From: Mizuhopecten yessoensis
Lineage: Eukaryota
Length of the DNA stretch: 64,000 nucleotides
Assembly (NCBI RefSeq): GCF_002113885.1
Contig: NW_018407093.1
Location: forward strand, 453,296 to 517,295
Direction: 5' to 3'
The position numbers and the translations under genes are program-made. This document shows, piece after piece, positions 26,461 through 39,880 of the stretch (positions are counted from its first letter, which is position 1; each line of letters starts with the position of its first letter). The notes beneath the pieces were generated by a model. The model was not told the DNA's origin and did no database searches. It saw nothing but the letters and a program-made list of their open reading frames with translations.

Positions 26461-27773
26461 ATTAGATTATTTTATTGTTTCTGCTTTAGAGCTGATGACA
26501 CTAATATCATTTCAGCCAGCTGGTACTAATATCTAGGGGCCTTACACGTTGATATAGATTTATAAGGTCAGTTATTGTTAAGGATTGAACTTAAAGAGTA
26601 TGAATGTTCTGAACATTTTTGTTAAACTTTTAAGTAAATGATGGGTTGATTTTTGTATTTTTCTACAGTAAGATAAGTTTTTGAGTTTTCATTAATACAA
26701 CACAAAATCTTGCAGTCTTCCCTGAAGATTATAAATTATTAACAGGCTTTATTATATAACATTCATGTAAATCAGACATACATTGTCTACACCTGTCACT
26801 TCCTCTTCAATTTGGGGCTGAAATTCATTTCAGTTTCTTATGAGATTTTGCCATTATTATTCACAATTTGATAAAGGAAAATCAAATAAAAAAAATATAT
26901 ATACATTTTGCTTCTAGCAGAACACGATTTAAAATTTCCTCATTTTCCTTATAGGATTTAATTTATAACAGGAAGCTCAGAAAAATCCTTCCTTCTTGTG
27001 AAAAGACAATGGAGTTAAAAAGGATAAAAGTAGATTTACATCAAGCTGTCAAATTTTCTGAAATCTAGGGAATTGGTTTCGGTTATCCAGGAACAACTCT
27101 GATAATATCAATATCTGGGACGCATATCATCATCTTACATTGTGTTGACATGATCACAGGATGATTCAGGTATATGGTAATGAGATTGTAATTTTGAATA
27201 TCAACACCTAATGTAGAAGTCTGCTATCTAAGGTGTCTCAAATACAATTCTGTGTGGAACACTGCCACACGCTTGATGTCAGAAATTTGTCAGTTTATTG
27301 GATTACACGAGGATACAATAGGAATGGTTTACAGTACGTACATGGATGTCTCTTCAAATAAAAAAGGTTCACTCTTTTTCAAAGATCTTTAATTTGTAAA
27401 CATTTTCATTTGAAAAGTTTTGAGTGGTAAGTGGTCTGGCTCAGCCTCCAGTGGATTTACACAGGAGTTAAAGGAATTAAGATAAGACAATTACCCGTAT
27501 TTCTCACAGGAAGTGGTTCTGGTATAGTGTCAGCCGGCAGGAGTGATTTTACCAGTATCTATGGTGTGTACTCTGTAGTATAACTGTGGTGGACCATTTA
27601 CTTGGAGATTTTATACCTAACATGACCGTAGTTTGGATATTTAGTTCTCCTACTGTAAGTAGTAGTGTGATGTAGTCACTTGGATTAAGAATTGATCACA
27701 GTGAGAAGGTTAAAGTTAATTTACTGTTGACCAGCAAGTAGAAATATTCTAATTTTATTCAAACTTGTATAAT

Positions 27774-27864
27774 TTAACCCATTCACCCCTAAAGTCCCAT
27801 TTGAACCTTACCAAATCAAAGACTGGGCAAGTCCAGTTTAAATATGTAGGGGTGCAAGAGTTAA
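27774..27864. mobile_element. 91-bp TTAA-bounded piggyBac-like mini-MITE (copy 3)
   Basis: ttaacccattcacccct...aggggtgcaagagttaa. Confidence 0.65.
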
Positions 27865-28023
27865 TGTGAGGTTACTTAATTAATACAATTTATCTGGAAG
27901 TAGTTCTCTGCTCCAGTCCAAATTTTTTCCAGATTTTTGGTAATTGTTTAGCCAAACGTCCATATTTTCCACATAGATAACTACAGAAGCTTTAATTCAG
28001 ATATAAATGTGTGGTATTTGCAG

Positions 28024-28146
28024 GTTGTATGGTGTGCCTTGGGAGGTCCAACTATTTCCGGTTCAACCACCCAAAGGAGGCCAAGAAGATTAAAGATGCT
28101 CTCCCCAACTGTCGGATATCATGTGCCCCTCTGCACTTCTTACAAG
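28024..28146 (+). CDS. PHLDB1: Internal coding exon of a PHLDB/LL5-family (pleckstrin homology-like domain family B) gene; C-terminal end of the FHA domain
   Basis: Acceptor ttgcag|GT at 28023/28024 and donor CAAG|gtaaga at 28146/28147; 123 nt, phase 1-1; higher GC than flanks. Translates (G)CMVCLGRSNYFRFNHPKEAKKIKDALPNCRISCAPLHFLQ, closely resembling vertebrate PHLDB1 GCMLCLGQSTFLRFNHPAEAK as I recall it. Kinesin-3 FHA domains share FRFNHP and are the alternative call. Confidence 0.78.
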
Positions 28147-28567
28147 GTAAGACTATCATATACCTAGCTATTTCTTTAAGATTTTTAAAAAAATCAAAAA
28201 AATCTGATGACTTCTATTTTTTAATTCTACGTTTTAATGACCTGGCAACGACTTTCTCTACATTGCTATCTCAGACACCATCATTGTGACAATTAAGGGG
28301 GGAGACAACTCTCCCTAACGTGAGAATTGTTGTTTTGTGTAGATAACTCAGGCTAGTATTAATAACAATAGCAGTGTTGTATCTCCACATCGTGTTTAAA
28401 CATTCTACAATATCAGAAGAGGCTGAACAAATTGAGCTCATAAATTCAACGAAAGAATCATACCAAATTGGAAAATCTTGATAAGAAAACACCATTAAAA
28501 AACACCATTAAAAACACTTGTCCAATGGCTGATCCTTTCTTTATACTGCATACTTTCATCTTAAACA

Positions 28568-29254
28568 TTTTTATCCCCCGCTTTCAACTAAACGGGGGAC
28601 ACTAATTTGAGTTTGCCGTCTGGCTGGCTGTCACGTTTTGTTTCCGTGCAATAACTACAACAAATGTTAACCGATCATCTTCAGTTAAATGCCTTAAGCG
28701 CTCGGCCAAGTTTGATGACCACTTTCAGCGGACTTTATTTGACGGAGTTATGGCCCCTTGAATAACGAAAAACATAAATATCTGCTGCGTTTCGTTTCCG
28801 TGCTATAACTACAACAAATGTTAACGATTTTCTTTAAACTTGATACCAGGGTTAAATGTATTAAGGGCTCAACCTAGTTTGACAACCACTTCCAGCGGAC
28901 CCCATTTGGCGGAGTTATGGCCCCTTGAAAACATCATTATCTTCCGTTTCTGTTCATTAAGTCTCGCAAATAGTATCCGATTGTCTTCAAACTTAGAAAC
29001 AGGGTTCAACGCATTAAGGGCTCGGCCAAGTTTGACAACCACTTTAATCAGACTCCATTTGGCAGAGTCATTACCTGCAGTTTCCCCTTAATAACTCCAG
29101 CAAATATTAGATAAGACTTTTTTTTCTTCAAGTTTCAAGCTATACATTATGTCTCAACAGCACGATACTCACATATTTAAACCTAACCTCAATTATGTTT
29201 ACCTACAATATATCCTGAAAGTGGGGGATATAAATTCCACGAATTTTCATGTTG
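28568..29254 (+). mobile_element. pearl/HINE-like (Helentron-associated) non-autonomous element
   Basis: Begins tttttatcccccgc...cggggg, short (ctgg)n run, 2-3 tandem ~160-bp core repeats (tttccgtgc.ataactacaacaaatgttaac...ccaagtttga...ggagttatggccccttgaa), ends gtgggggat-aaattc-cac-gaattt (subterminal IR plus 3' hairpin). Confidence 0.7.
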
Positions 29255-30719
29255 TACTGAGGATATTTCATGAGCTTCTTAACAGAGTTTTAGAAATGAG
29301 TGACCCCCCTCCCCTTTCCCCCTCCCGCAGGGGATAGAACTTCTTTAAGGATGATTACCCCCCAGGAGTTAAGTTGCTATTAGACACAGATTGCTCCACA
29401 CATGGTTCTGTATACATAGACCTGTGGCATGTGTTGTTTGTTATATACCATGTGGGGCCTCTGTACCATCAAATACACATGCAGTTTGAAATGTGCGGGA
29501 CAAGTGTGTGACACGTGTGGACCAACACATAGTACAATAACAAAAAGTCTTGTGGTTATTACATGCATAGTTGTGATTTCTGGTTCAGGGGACACAAGTC
29601 GAACCAAATCCAGAACCTGTGGTCTATAAGTTACCAAAAAACAGTCTGTAAAAAGGATCTTTCTACATTTGTATTGGTGGTGAGAAATTATGGATCAAGA
29701 AATTCCTGTGACAAAAAGGTACCCTTAACTGGTAGATTTGTTTTTTCTCTTTGATTTATTTTACCTTAATATCAAAGAAGTTTAATGAAACTTTTAAATA
29801 AAAATAAAAATGTCAGATCTAAATAACTGCACAAAGGCCAAGGTTTCTGGATGCAAAAAATGTTTGTTGCGTTATAAGCAATTGTATGGCATTCCGTTTT
29901 ATAGCTTCAGTGCAAAATGCAATTTATATATAATAAGTCAAAATCACCTGTTCCTGTAAACCTTTTACCCAGTGACCCCCATCCACCACCACCCTCTACC
30001 CTACCATAGCAAATGTATAACAAGTATTGAGTGTAGAAATTGTGTACCTAACAGGGAACGCTGTGAGATTCAAAACTTCATCATTAACTTTGATGTCTTG
30101 TGAGATATTGTAGATTAAAATTCCACGTTTATCGTGTTAATGTAAAGTATACCTAATATAACATGTTTTTGTTGTACAGGTATGTTACATATCGTCACGA
30201 AATCACAAAGAAATTGATTTCAAAATTCATTATCCTTCAAAGACATCTGTTTGTTTTGAAGTAGATGGTAAAGGATTTGGATTTTATTTGATGATTTTTT
30301 AGTAAAGTCAAATTGGCAATGTTGGCAGTAAAAGATTTGGAATCTCTTTGAAGTTCGAAAGTATGTATGGAAAAATAGTGGGGAGAGCTACATTTTATCA
30401 GATCAGTGGAAAAAAAGGCTGACTGGGCAAATAATGATGGATGGTTACGGTAGGTGTACGACAGGGCATTGGAGACCGGGTCTAACTAGAGCATTATTGG
30501 GCGATCCTGTTTTCAAAGATTGAGATTTTATTTGGAGCATAAAACATTTGTTTGGTTCAAAAGGTCTAGGAAACGGTAGCAATTTAAAATAACAGGCAAG
30601 TATAGTAGAAATACCATTAAAGTTTAGGAGTCTGCCCGGACAACTGATTAGAATCAATTACAGAGATGTTGGCTGTGGGAGTTGGGAGATAGCCTGTACC
30701 AGGTGTGGAGATAGTGAGG

Positions 30720-32118
30720 GGGGATATAAGGTAGGGGTTGGGGCGCCATGATGTGAGGGGGGCTATAAGTTAGGGGTGAGGGAGCTGTAAGGTTGGGTGG
30801 GGTAGGGGGAAGGAAAATTTGTAAGGGAGGGGGATGTATGGTTGGGAAGGGGGAGCTGTACGGTGGGAGGGGATAGGGGAAGGAAGAGTTGTAGGGGATG
30901 GGGCTGTCAGGTGGGGGTGGGGAGCTGTAAGGTGGGGTGGGGTAGGGGGAAGGAAAAGATGTGGGGGGGGGGGCTGTAAGGGGGGAGGGGGGAGGGGAAG
31001 GAAGAGTTGTGGGGGATGGGGCTGTCAGGTGGGGGTGGGGAGCTGTAAGGTTTGGTGGGATAGGGGGAAGAAAAAGCTGTAGGGGAGGGGGCTGTACGGT
31101 TGGGGTGGGAGAGCTGTAAGGGGAGGAGGGCTATAAGTGAGGGGTGGGGAGCTGTACGGTGGGAGGGGATAGGGGAAGGAAGAGTTGTGGGGGATGGGGC
31201 TGTCAGGTGGGGGTGGGGAGCTGTACGGTTGGGTTGGGAGAGCTGAAAGGTGAGGGGGGGGAAGGGAGCTGTAAGATGAGGGGTTGGAAGGGAGTTGTAA
31301 GGTGAGGGGGGGGAAGGGAGCTGTAAGATGAGGGGTTGGAAGGGAGCTGTAAGTTGAGGGGGTTGAAGGGAGCTGTAAGGTGGGGGTCGGGAGCTGTAAG
31401 GGGGGGGGGTGGAGGGGAGCTGTAAGGTTGGGTGGGATAGGGGGAAGGTAAAGATGTAGGGGAGGGGCCTGTACGGTTGGGTTGGGAGAGCTGGAAGGTG
31501 AGGGGGTGGAAGGGACCTGTAAGGTGAGGGGGTGAAAGGGAGCTGTAAGGGGGGGGGGTGGAGGGGAGCTGTAAGGTGAGAGGGGGTAGGGGAAGGAAGA
31601 GTTGTGGGGGATGGGGCTGTCAGGTGGGGGTGGGGAGCTGTACGGTTGGGGTGGGAGAGCTGTAAGGGGAGGAGGGCTATAAGTGAGGGGTGGGGAGCTG
31701 TACGGTGGGAGGGGATAGGGGAAGGAAGAGTTGTAGGGGAAGGGGCTGTAAGGTGGGAGGGGGTAGGGGAAGGAAGAGTTGTAGGGGAAGGAGCTGTACG
31801 GTTGGGTTGGGAGAGCTGTAAGGGGAGGAGGGCTATAAGTTAGGGGTGGGGAGCTGTAAGGTTGGGTGGGATAGGGGGAAGAAAAAGCTGTAGGGGAGGG
31901 GGCTGTACGGTTGGGTTGGGAGAGCTGTAAGGTGAGAGGGGGTAGGGGAAGGAAGAGTTGTAGGGGAAGGGGCTGTAAGGTGGGAGGGGGGAGGGGAAGG
32001 AAGAGTTGTAGGGGAAGGGACTGTAAGGTGGGAGGGGGTAGGGGAAGGAAGAGGTGCGGGGGGGGGGGGGGTGAGGGGGGGGGTGGGGGGGGGGGGGACC
32101 GGAGGGAGAGCTGTAACA
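30720..32118. repeat. G-rich degenerate minisatellite (gggagctgtaaggtgggg...)
   Basis: Very G-rich repeated motif; explains the 364-aa Pro-rich minus-strand ORF. Confidence 0.9.
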
Positions 32119-33925
32119 CTGTAATTGCCCTGTAGCAGGGGAGCTCCAGTCTCTGTATATATCCTTTTTATCTTTTACTTGTAGTTTTTTTTATCTCACA
32201 ATAAAACCCTTGGTCAGGTTTAAGTGGAGCATGTGTGTTCTCTTAAAAATACTACCAATGAACTTTACAGTCTGACTTTGATGCCAAGTAAAACTGTATC
32301 TTTGTAAACAGTTTCCAACTCTACAGATGACGATTCCTCAAAGTTTGATGATGTCCGACAGTTGTCATAGTGATGTCGGACAGTTGTCACAGTGACACCT
32401 GATTTTAGCCAGTGTTGCAAAAGATTATCATAAAAATGTAGATGTGGACTCAACTTGGCATTTCAAACAAAGAATGTTAAACAGTTTTAACTGCTGAAAA
32501 CTGTCAATGGGACAAATAATTTGTCTGACATCAGAGGGGTTGCCAGGGTTTTAGAAAGTGAGTAATTCATTAGGTAATCCCAATTGATGTTAGGATGTAG
32601 CGTTTCTGACATGGCTATGTACATACATTAAAATAGCCATGTGTGTACTAACATGTGTTGGATTATCGTATGTCAATTGCATTGAATTATTTCTGTAAGT
32701 AAACAGCAAATCATAGATAGACAGCTGCTTAAAATTACAACAATTTCAGTTTTTTACTAAAATAAAAAATATATCGGCTTTAACTGCGAGAGAGTTTCAC
32801 CGACATACTCATCGTTCTTAGTGACTCACTGACTCTTATCCTATTCAAGAATAACAGACAAATCACAACGAAAAAGTGTGTTGAACTGTAATTTTTTGAT
32901 AACTTTTTCAAATATTCTGCATTGGTGCAATATACAGTGACCTCAGACTACCTACAAATACACTTTGGACTATGTGAGGAAAACTCTATTCAGATGTACA
33001 ATCGAAGACTCTTGGCACAGTAAATTGATTCATTATTCAGACTTGAGAAAGACCAAGTTTCAGAACCTTCCTGATGCTATGATAAAGATTGAGAACTGAT
33101 ACCGAACACAGTGATTTATTTTGTTAAACCAGAGGTGGACAGTTTCCAAATAGACGCGGTCAGCTTTGTAGAGTTTCACACTGTACTGTAGTTTGTACAT
33201 TTCAAAATTTGTTTTATTGACTATAATCTGCTAGTACATTTGAACTTGGTTGAAGTCAGTTAAATTTTATTTATAATAAATTTCTGTACTAGAATCCCAT
33301 TTCCCCTGAAGGCATGGCAACCATGCATGCACTTAATTGACCTCCTAGTCAGAGTTGTATATCATCTATTAACAGAACCATAGGCGGGACTTTGTACCTG
33401 TAATATGCTAATCTAGGAACAGCCTGCTTCCATTAATTAAGTGCCCTTCTTTTCTGCAATCTCCAGAGAATTTCAAATTGTGTATTAATGTAAGTTGAAG
33501 AGCATCTCTACATGACATGTGGGTATATTGATATCAACATCGGGGACCTCATGGTCAGCTGTAAGAAGGCTGATCATTGTAAAGACAACTTTAACAAACA
33601 AACTTCAATCTGGTTTATTTTAAAAAAAAGGCTGAAATTCAAAACAAAAATTATCAGTAGAGATTCAAATTGATAATTATGAGTGCAAGACACATTAGAA
33701 TATTTGTGAATTTGTTCTGGCCTGTTTTCCTTAATGTGACGTTTATACTGTGATGGGGTCTGTCAGTGAGAGAACACTGTTCAGTAAGTAACTTTAGCAT
33801 CAATTCTATCTAAATGGCCCACAGTGAGCTGTAGGTACTGTAACTTATATGCTGGTACCCATCTGTACAGCTACTTCTGATGTGCTCTAAAGGAAAGGTA
33901 ACAGGTACATACAGTTTGTAACAAA

Positions 33926-34130
33926 ACCTGTCTAATCTGACCCCTGATTAATCTGACATCCTGTATAATCCAGTATAATAATGCAATGCAATTTCTGATG
34001 AAAACTGCCAAATAAGACTTATGTATTCAGACAGCTTGTGTAATCTGAATGGTAGGTGTTGTGTCGGATCGGCCACGTTAATGTGGCCTCTGTGTTGTGT
34101 CCCAAAGGGTGTCAGATTACACAGGTGTAA
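33926..34130. mobile_element. Degenerate Tc1/mariner-type MITE whose right end seeds the adjacent 61-bp array
   Basis: acctgtctaatctgacccctg (33926-33946) is the inverted match of cagggtgtcagattacacaggt found in the array units. Confidence 0.5.
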
Positions 34131-34992
34131 GTTTGTATTAGTCCTGATCACTGTGTTGTGTCCCACAGGGTGTCAGATTACACAGGTATAAGTTTGTATT
34201 AGTCCTGACCTCTGTGTTGTGTCCCACAGGGTGTCAGATTACACAGGTATACAACTGTATTAGTCCTGATCACTGTGTTGTGTCCCACAGGGTGTCAGAT
34301 TACACAGGTATACATTTGTTTTAGTCCTGACCTCTGTGTTGTGTCCGACTGTGTGTCAGATTACACAGGTATAAGTTTGTATTAGTCCTGATCTCTGTGT
34401 TGTGTCCCACAGGGTCTCAGATTACAAAGGTATAAGATTGTATTAGTCCTGACCTCTGTTTTGTGTCCCACAGGGTGTCAGATTATACAGGTATAAGTTT
34501 GTATTAGTGCTGACCTCTGTGTTGTGTCCGACTGTGTGTCAGATTACGCAGGTATAAGTTTGTATTAGTCCTGTCCTCTGTGTTGTGTCCGACTGTGTGT
34601 CAGATTACACAGGAATACATCTGTATTAGTCCTGACCTCTGTTTTGTGTCCCACAGGGTGTCAGATTACACAGGTATACATTTGTATTAGTCCTGACCTC
34701 TGTGTTGTGTCCGACTATGTGTCAGATTACACAGGTATAAGTTTGTATTAGTCCTGACCTCTGTGTTGTGTCCGACAGGGTGTCAGATTACACAGGTATA
34801 CATCTGTATTAGTCCTGACCTCTGTGTTGTGTCCCGCAGGGTGTCAGATTACACAGGTATAAGTTTGTATTAGACCTGACCACTGTTTTGTGTCTGACTG
34901 TGTCAGATTACACAGGTATAAGTTTGTATTAGACCTGACCTCTGTGTTGTGTCCGACAGGGTGTCAGATTACACAGGTATAAATTTGTATTA
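34088..34992. repeat. 61-bp minisatellite (ctgtgttgtgtcccacagggtgtcagattacacaggtataagtttgtattagtcctgacct)n
   Basis: About 15 tandem copies. Confidence 0.95.
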
Positions 34993-35749
34993 ATTTTCCT
35001 AACATATGCCACAATCTTGATAACATTACACATTACAACTGCACCATCAAAACCTGCTGGTAGTGGGTTAGTCATATCTGTCACACAGCTTGTCACAGTA
35101 AAAACTCTCACCATTATTTTTACATTTTCAGTAGACATAAAACCCCATTTCAATATAAGTTGTATACATTTATGATAAGTAAATAAGTAAAACTCATAAA
35201 ATGTTAGAAGTGTGATAAAAATGTCAGTTTGAGTGTCGTTAATTTTATTTAAAAAAACATGCTTTCTACTAATGGCAGCAGAAAATTGTACAAGTGAACT
35301 CTGCTGCAATTGAAATGTCACTTCACACGATTTCGTAGAAAAATGAGTTGTTGGCCTGTGCAGTATTTGATGACTAACTCCTGATGTGCTGTCTACGCTA
35401 CAATAATCGGCCTGATGTTGTTCATTGTGTTAGAAATACTCTGAATCATTTTAATTTGATATCTTGGAAGGCACTGAAAGTGTTTTGGCTTCATATAACA
35501 TTAGTTGATAGAAATAGCTTGGTGTGCTAATTTCCACCAGTCCTGTATCTGTATATATAGCTCGCAAGGTTAGGGAAATTAAACAATATTTACTTGGCAC
35601 AGGCTGTGGACAAAAACTGGTTTTAACAGAAGTCAGTTATTTTTGGACGAAGGCTTTACCATGTAACCATTGTAAATGAGTTCTTTGTAACCATGGTGAT
35701 TGTTCTCCGAGTAAACAGTGCAATGATATTTTATGCAATATTTATAATC

Positions 35750-36243
35750 TTTACATTACACTACTCCTCCCGAAGTGCTTCACTGATTTTAATAATAATT
35801 TGTACTCATAGCCTTGATATTAAGGGAATGTGAATAAAAACTGAAGTTACCTCCCCTATATTTTGAGTTAAGCCCCTTTGTTTAAATTATTGTTGTTACA
35901 GCTTCATCTGAAGTACTACACTGATTTGAATGTTAATTTGTATACACATCACATATGTTGAGGGTATGTGAATAAGGTGAATAAATTTGAGTTACCTCCC
36001 CTATATTTGGGGCTGTGTCCCATCGTTTAAAAGTGTTTTTGCACTTGTTCTTCCTACACTGGTACGATAATGATTTCACTGATACTAATAAGTACATCAA
36101 GTGCATGTAAATAACGTATATATATATTGGAGTTACCTTCCCTAATTATGGAGTAATGCCCCTTTAATTTAACCCTTAAAAACATCCTCGAAAGTGCTAT
36201 TCCTACAGTACTTGGTGAAGACGACAGGACAACAGTTCTAGTT
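35750..36243 (+). mobile_element. Degenerate pearl/HINE-like element
   Basis: Three diverged ~140-150-bp repeats sharing agttacctcccctatattt.g.g...gcccc; 3' end aggacaacagttctagtt is hairpin-like. Confidence 0.4.
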
Positions 36244-36320
36244 ATAACTGACCGTGCTTTTACTAGAATTATTCTTCATCTCAAAACCCTGTTTTATAGT
36301 CCCAATCTTGAGCCGCAAAA

Positions 36321-36492
36321 CAGAGATAATTTGAATGTGACGGGTGTACTGCAAGGCTGGGAGTTCCCCTCTGGAGCCCCGATACAGAGATAATTTGAGT
36401 GTGATTGGTGTACTGCAAGGCTGGGAGTTCCCCTCTAGAGCCCCGATACAGAGATAATTGGAGTGTGATGGGGTGTACTGGGAGGCTGGGAG
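36321..36492. repeat. 64-bp repeat x~2.7
   Basis: cagagataat starts at 36321, 36385 and 36449. Confidence 0.85.
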
Positions 36493-36834
36493 ACTAGATG
36501 CTGTGTCTGTTTATAAACAGGATGTGTGTGTAGTCGGTGTCCAATATGGCATCTACGACTTTTTGACACCAGGATTTTACTGACATGGAGCTCCTGGTTC
36601 ACCCCAGATCTCTGGGCCCCTGGGGTAGGTACCACTCTCTTATTATACAGTAGTGTTTCTGTCTGTTTAGGGGTGTCTGATTCCCAGGTTAGGTAACTCT
36701 CTCTGTTATGTGAGCGGGAAGGCGATCTTTGACCCTAACTATTGGTCTTGTTGTTACTTTTGCCCATGTGATTCCTGATGTAGATGTATACATCTTGTCA
36801 AGGGGAGGAGATGCTGAAACCTCATTCCTTTTAT

Positions 36835-37010
36835 CTGTCATTACTGTTATGTCCTAGGGTAGTGACCTGTCATTACTGTTATGTCTTAGGGTAGTGACCT
36901 GTCATTACTGTTATGTCCTAGGGTAGTGACCTGACATTACTGTTATGTCCTATGGTAGTGACCTGTCATTACTGTTATGTCCTAGGGTAGTGACCTGTCA
37001 TCACTGTTAG
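36835..37010. repeat. 32-bp minisatellite (ctgtcattactgttatgtcctagggtagtgac)n
   Basis: About 5.5 copies. Confidence 0.92.
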
Positions 37011-37029
37011 GTGATGATAAGGGGAACTC

Positions 37030-38615
37030 AGCCCTGGGGAAGGAACCTTATTCTGATGGTGTGTGAGGGAGGGTGATCCCTGGGGTAGGAACTTCATCCT
37101 GATGGTGTGTGAGGGAGGGGGACCCCTGGGGAAGGAACCTTATTCTGGTGGTGTGTGAGGGAGGGTGATCCCTGGGGTCGGAACTTCATCCTGATGGTGT
37201 GTGAGGGAGGGTGTCCCTTGGGGTAGGAACCTTATTCTGATAGTGTGTGGGGGAGGGTGACCCTTGGGGTAGGAACCTCATTCTGTTGGTGTGTGAGGGA
37301 GGGTGACCCTTGGGGAAGGAACCTTATTCTGATGGTGTTTGAGGGAGGGTGACCCCTGGGGTAGGACCCTCATTCTGATGGTGTGTGAGGGAGTGTGACC
37401 CTTGGGGAAGGAACCTTATTCTGATGGTGTGTGAGGGAGGGTGTCCCTTGGGGTAGGAACCTTATTCTGATAGTGTGTGGGGGAGGGTGACCCTTGGGGT
37501 AGGACCCTTATTCTGATGGTGTGTGGGGCAGGGTGACCCCTGGGGTAGGAACCTAATTCTGATGGTGTGTGAGGGAGGGTGACCCCTGGGGAAGAAACCT
37601 TATTCTGATGGTGTGTGAGGGAGGGTGAGCCCTGGGGTAAAACCTCATTTTGATGGGGTGTGAGGGAGGGTGACCCTTGGGGTAGGACCCTTATTCTGAT
37701 GGTGTGTGGGGCAGGGTGACCCCTGGGGTAGGAACATCATTCTGTTGGTGTGTGAGGGAGGGTGACCCTTGGGGAAGGAACCTTATTCTGATGGTGTTTG
37801 AGGGAGGGTGACCCCTGGGGTAAAACCTCATTTTGCTGGTGTGTGAGGGCGGGTGACCCCTGGGGTAGGACCCTCATTCTGATGGTGTGTGAGGGAGTGT
37901 GACCCTTGGGGAAGGAACCTTATGCTGATGGTGTGTGAGGGAGGGTGTCCCTTGGGGTAGGAACCTTATTCTGATGGTATGTGAGGGAGGGTGATCCCTG
38001 GGGTCGGAACTTCATCCTGATGGTGTGTGAGGGAGGGGGACCCCTGGGGAAGGAACCTTATTCTGATGGTGTGTGAGGGAGGGCGATCCCTGGGGTAGGA
38101 ACTTCATCCTAATGGTGTGTGAGGGAGGGTGTCCCCTGGGGTAGGAACCTTATTCTGATAGTGTGTGGGGGAGGGTGACCCTTGGGGTAGGACCCTTATT
38201 CTGATGGTGTGTGGGGTAGGGTGACCCCTGGGGTAGGAACCTTATTCTGCTGGTATGTGAGGGAGGGTGACCCCTGGGGTAAAACCTCATTTTGATGGTG
38301 TGTGAGGGAGGGTGAGCCCTGGGGTAGGAACCTTATTCTGATGGTATGTGAGGGAGGGTGATCCCTGGGGTAGGAACTTCATCCTAATGGTGTGTGAGGG
38401 AGGGTGACCCCTGGGGAAGGAACCTTATTCTGATGGTGTTTGAGGGAGGGTGACCCCTGGGGTAGGAACCTCATTCTGTTGGTGTGTGAGGGAGATTGAA
38501 CCCTGGGGTAGGATGATGATGTAATAGGGAGTGGCCCAAATTCCTGGGGTAGGATAATGATTTGTGGTGAGATCATTGATGTGTGAGGGAGGGGATCGAC
38601 CCCTGGAGTAGGATG
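37030..38615. repeat. 46-bp minisatellite (gacccctggggtaggaaccttattctgatggtgtgtgagggagggt)n
   Basis: About 33 copies, decaying at the right end. Confidence 0.95.
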
Positions 38616-39064
38616 ATAATGTGTTTTCCCTCCATTTTGTATAGCGAACAACAGAAATCTGGTTACCATTATGTTACATTAACATGCACGAATGATTTCC
38701 TGTGTCTAACATTATAGAGGCCATGGTCTCACAAGTTCAGGTCGTCCAGTGTGTGCCCTGAGGTTACTCTCTGATCCTGACATTAGTCAGACTTTTCAGA
38801 CTCTACAGCAAACCGTTATTCAGAAGAGAATAATATGCTTTACTCTCTGGTATTGGTTGAGGTTACTCTTAAAAATAGAACTTAAACGAAAAGTAGGCAC
38901 ATTTTGTTCATAATTCTTATTTCAATGAGAAGAACTTGATAGGAGTTATATATGATGGCTGAACACTTTAAACCCCTTTTGTTATGTTCACCACTAATAC
39001 TTTGTCTGTAGTCAGACACCTCTAAATTATAATCTTTATTTACAACATTTACAAGTTATTGGCT

Positions 39065-39880
39065 TCCTCAATCTCCCCCATCACAAGCCCCACTCTCTCC
39101 GACCCCACCCTCTCAATCTCCCCCATCACAAGCCCCACCCTCTCCGATCCCACCCTCTCCATCTCCCCCATCACAAGCCCCACTCTCTCCGACCCCACCC
39201 TCTCCATCTCCCCCATCATAAGCCCCACTCTCTCCGATTCCACCCTCTCCATATCCCCTCATCACAAACCCCACCCTCTCCATCTCCCTCATCACAAACC
39301 CCACTCTCTCCGATCCCACCCTCTCCATATCCCCTATCACAAGCCCCACTCTCTCCATCTCCCCCATCACAAACCCCACCCTCTCCATCTCCCCCATCAC
39401 AAGCCCCACCCTCTCCATCCCCCCCATCACAAGCCCCACCCTCTCCATCTCCCTCATCACAAACCCCTCTCTCTCTCTGATCCCACCCTCTCCATATCCC
39501 CTATCACAAGCCCCACTCTCTCCATCTCCCCCATCACAAACCCCACCCTCTCCATCTCCCCCATCACAAACCCCACTCTCCGACCCCACCCTCTCCATTT
39601 CCTCCATCACAAACCCCACCCTCTCTGACCCCACCTCCCCAACCTAATCCTTTTAAACTCCTCCATCACCAACCCCATCATCTCCATCTCCCCCCTCACC
39701 AACCCCACCATCTCCAAACCCCACCCTCTCCATCTTCCACCTCACAAACCCCACCCTCTCCATCTTCCACCTCTCAAACCCCACCCTCTCCATCTTCCAC
39801 CTCACTAATCCCACCCTCTTTATCTTCCCCCTCACCAACCCCACCCTCTCCAAACCCCATCCTCTCCAGCCCCACCCTCA
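39065..39880. repeat. C-rich 30/45-bp minisatellite (ctctccatctcccccatcacaagccccacc)
   Basis: Tandem, C-rich; explains ORFs between 39049 and 39853. Confidence 0.9.

Noticed and set aside
28011-28289. Treating the whole 92-aa ORF as a protein
   Set aside because: Only 28024-28146 is bounded by canonical splice sites and FHA-like; the remainder is AT-rich intron read-through.
31025-32119. 364-aa Pro-rich (extensin-like) ORF
   Set aside because: Reverse translation of a G-rich minisatellite.
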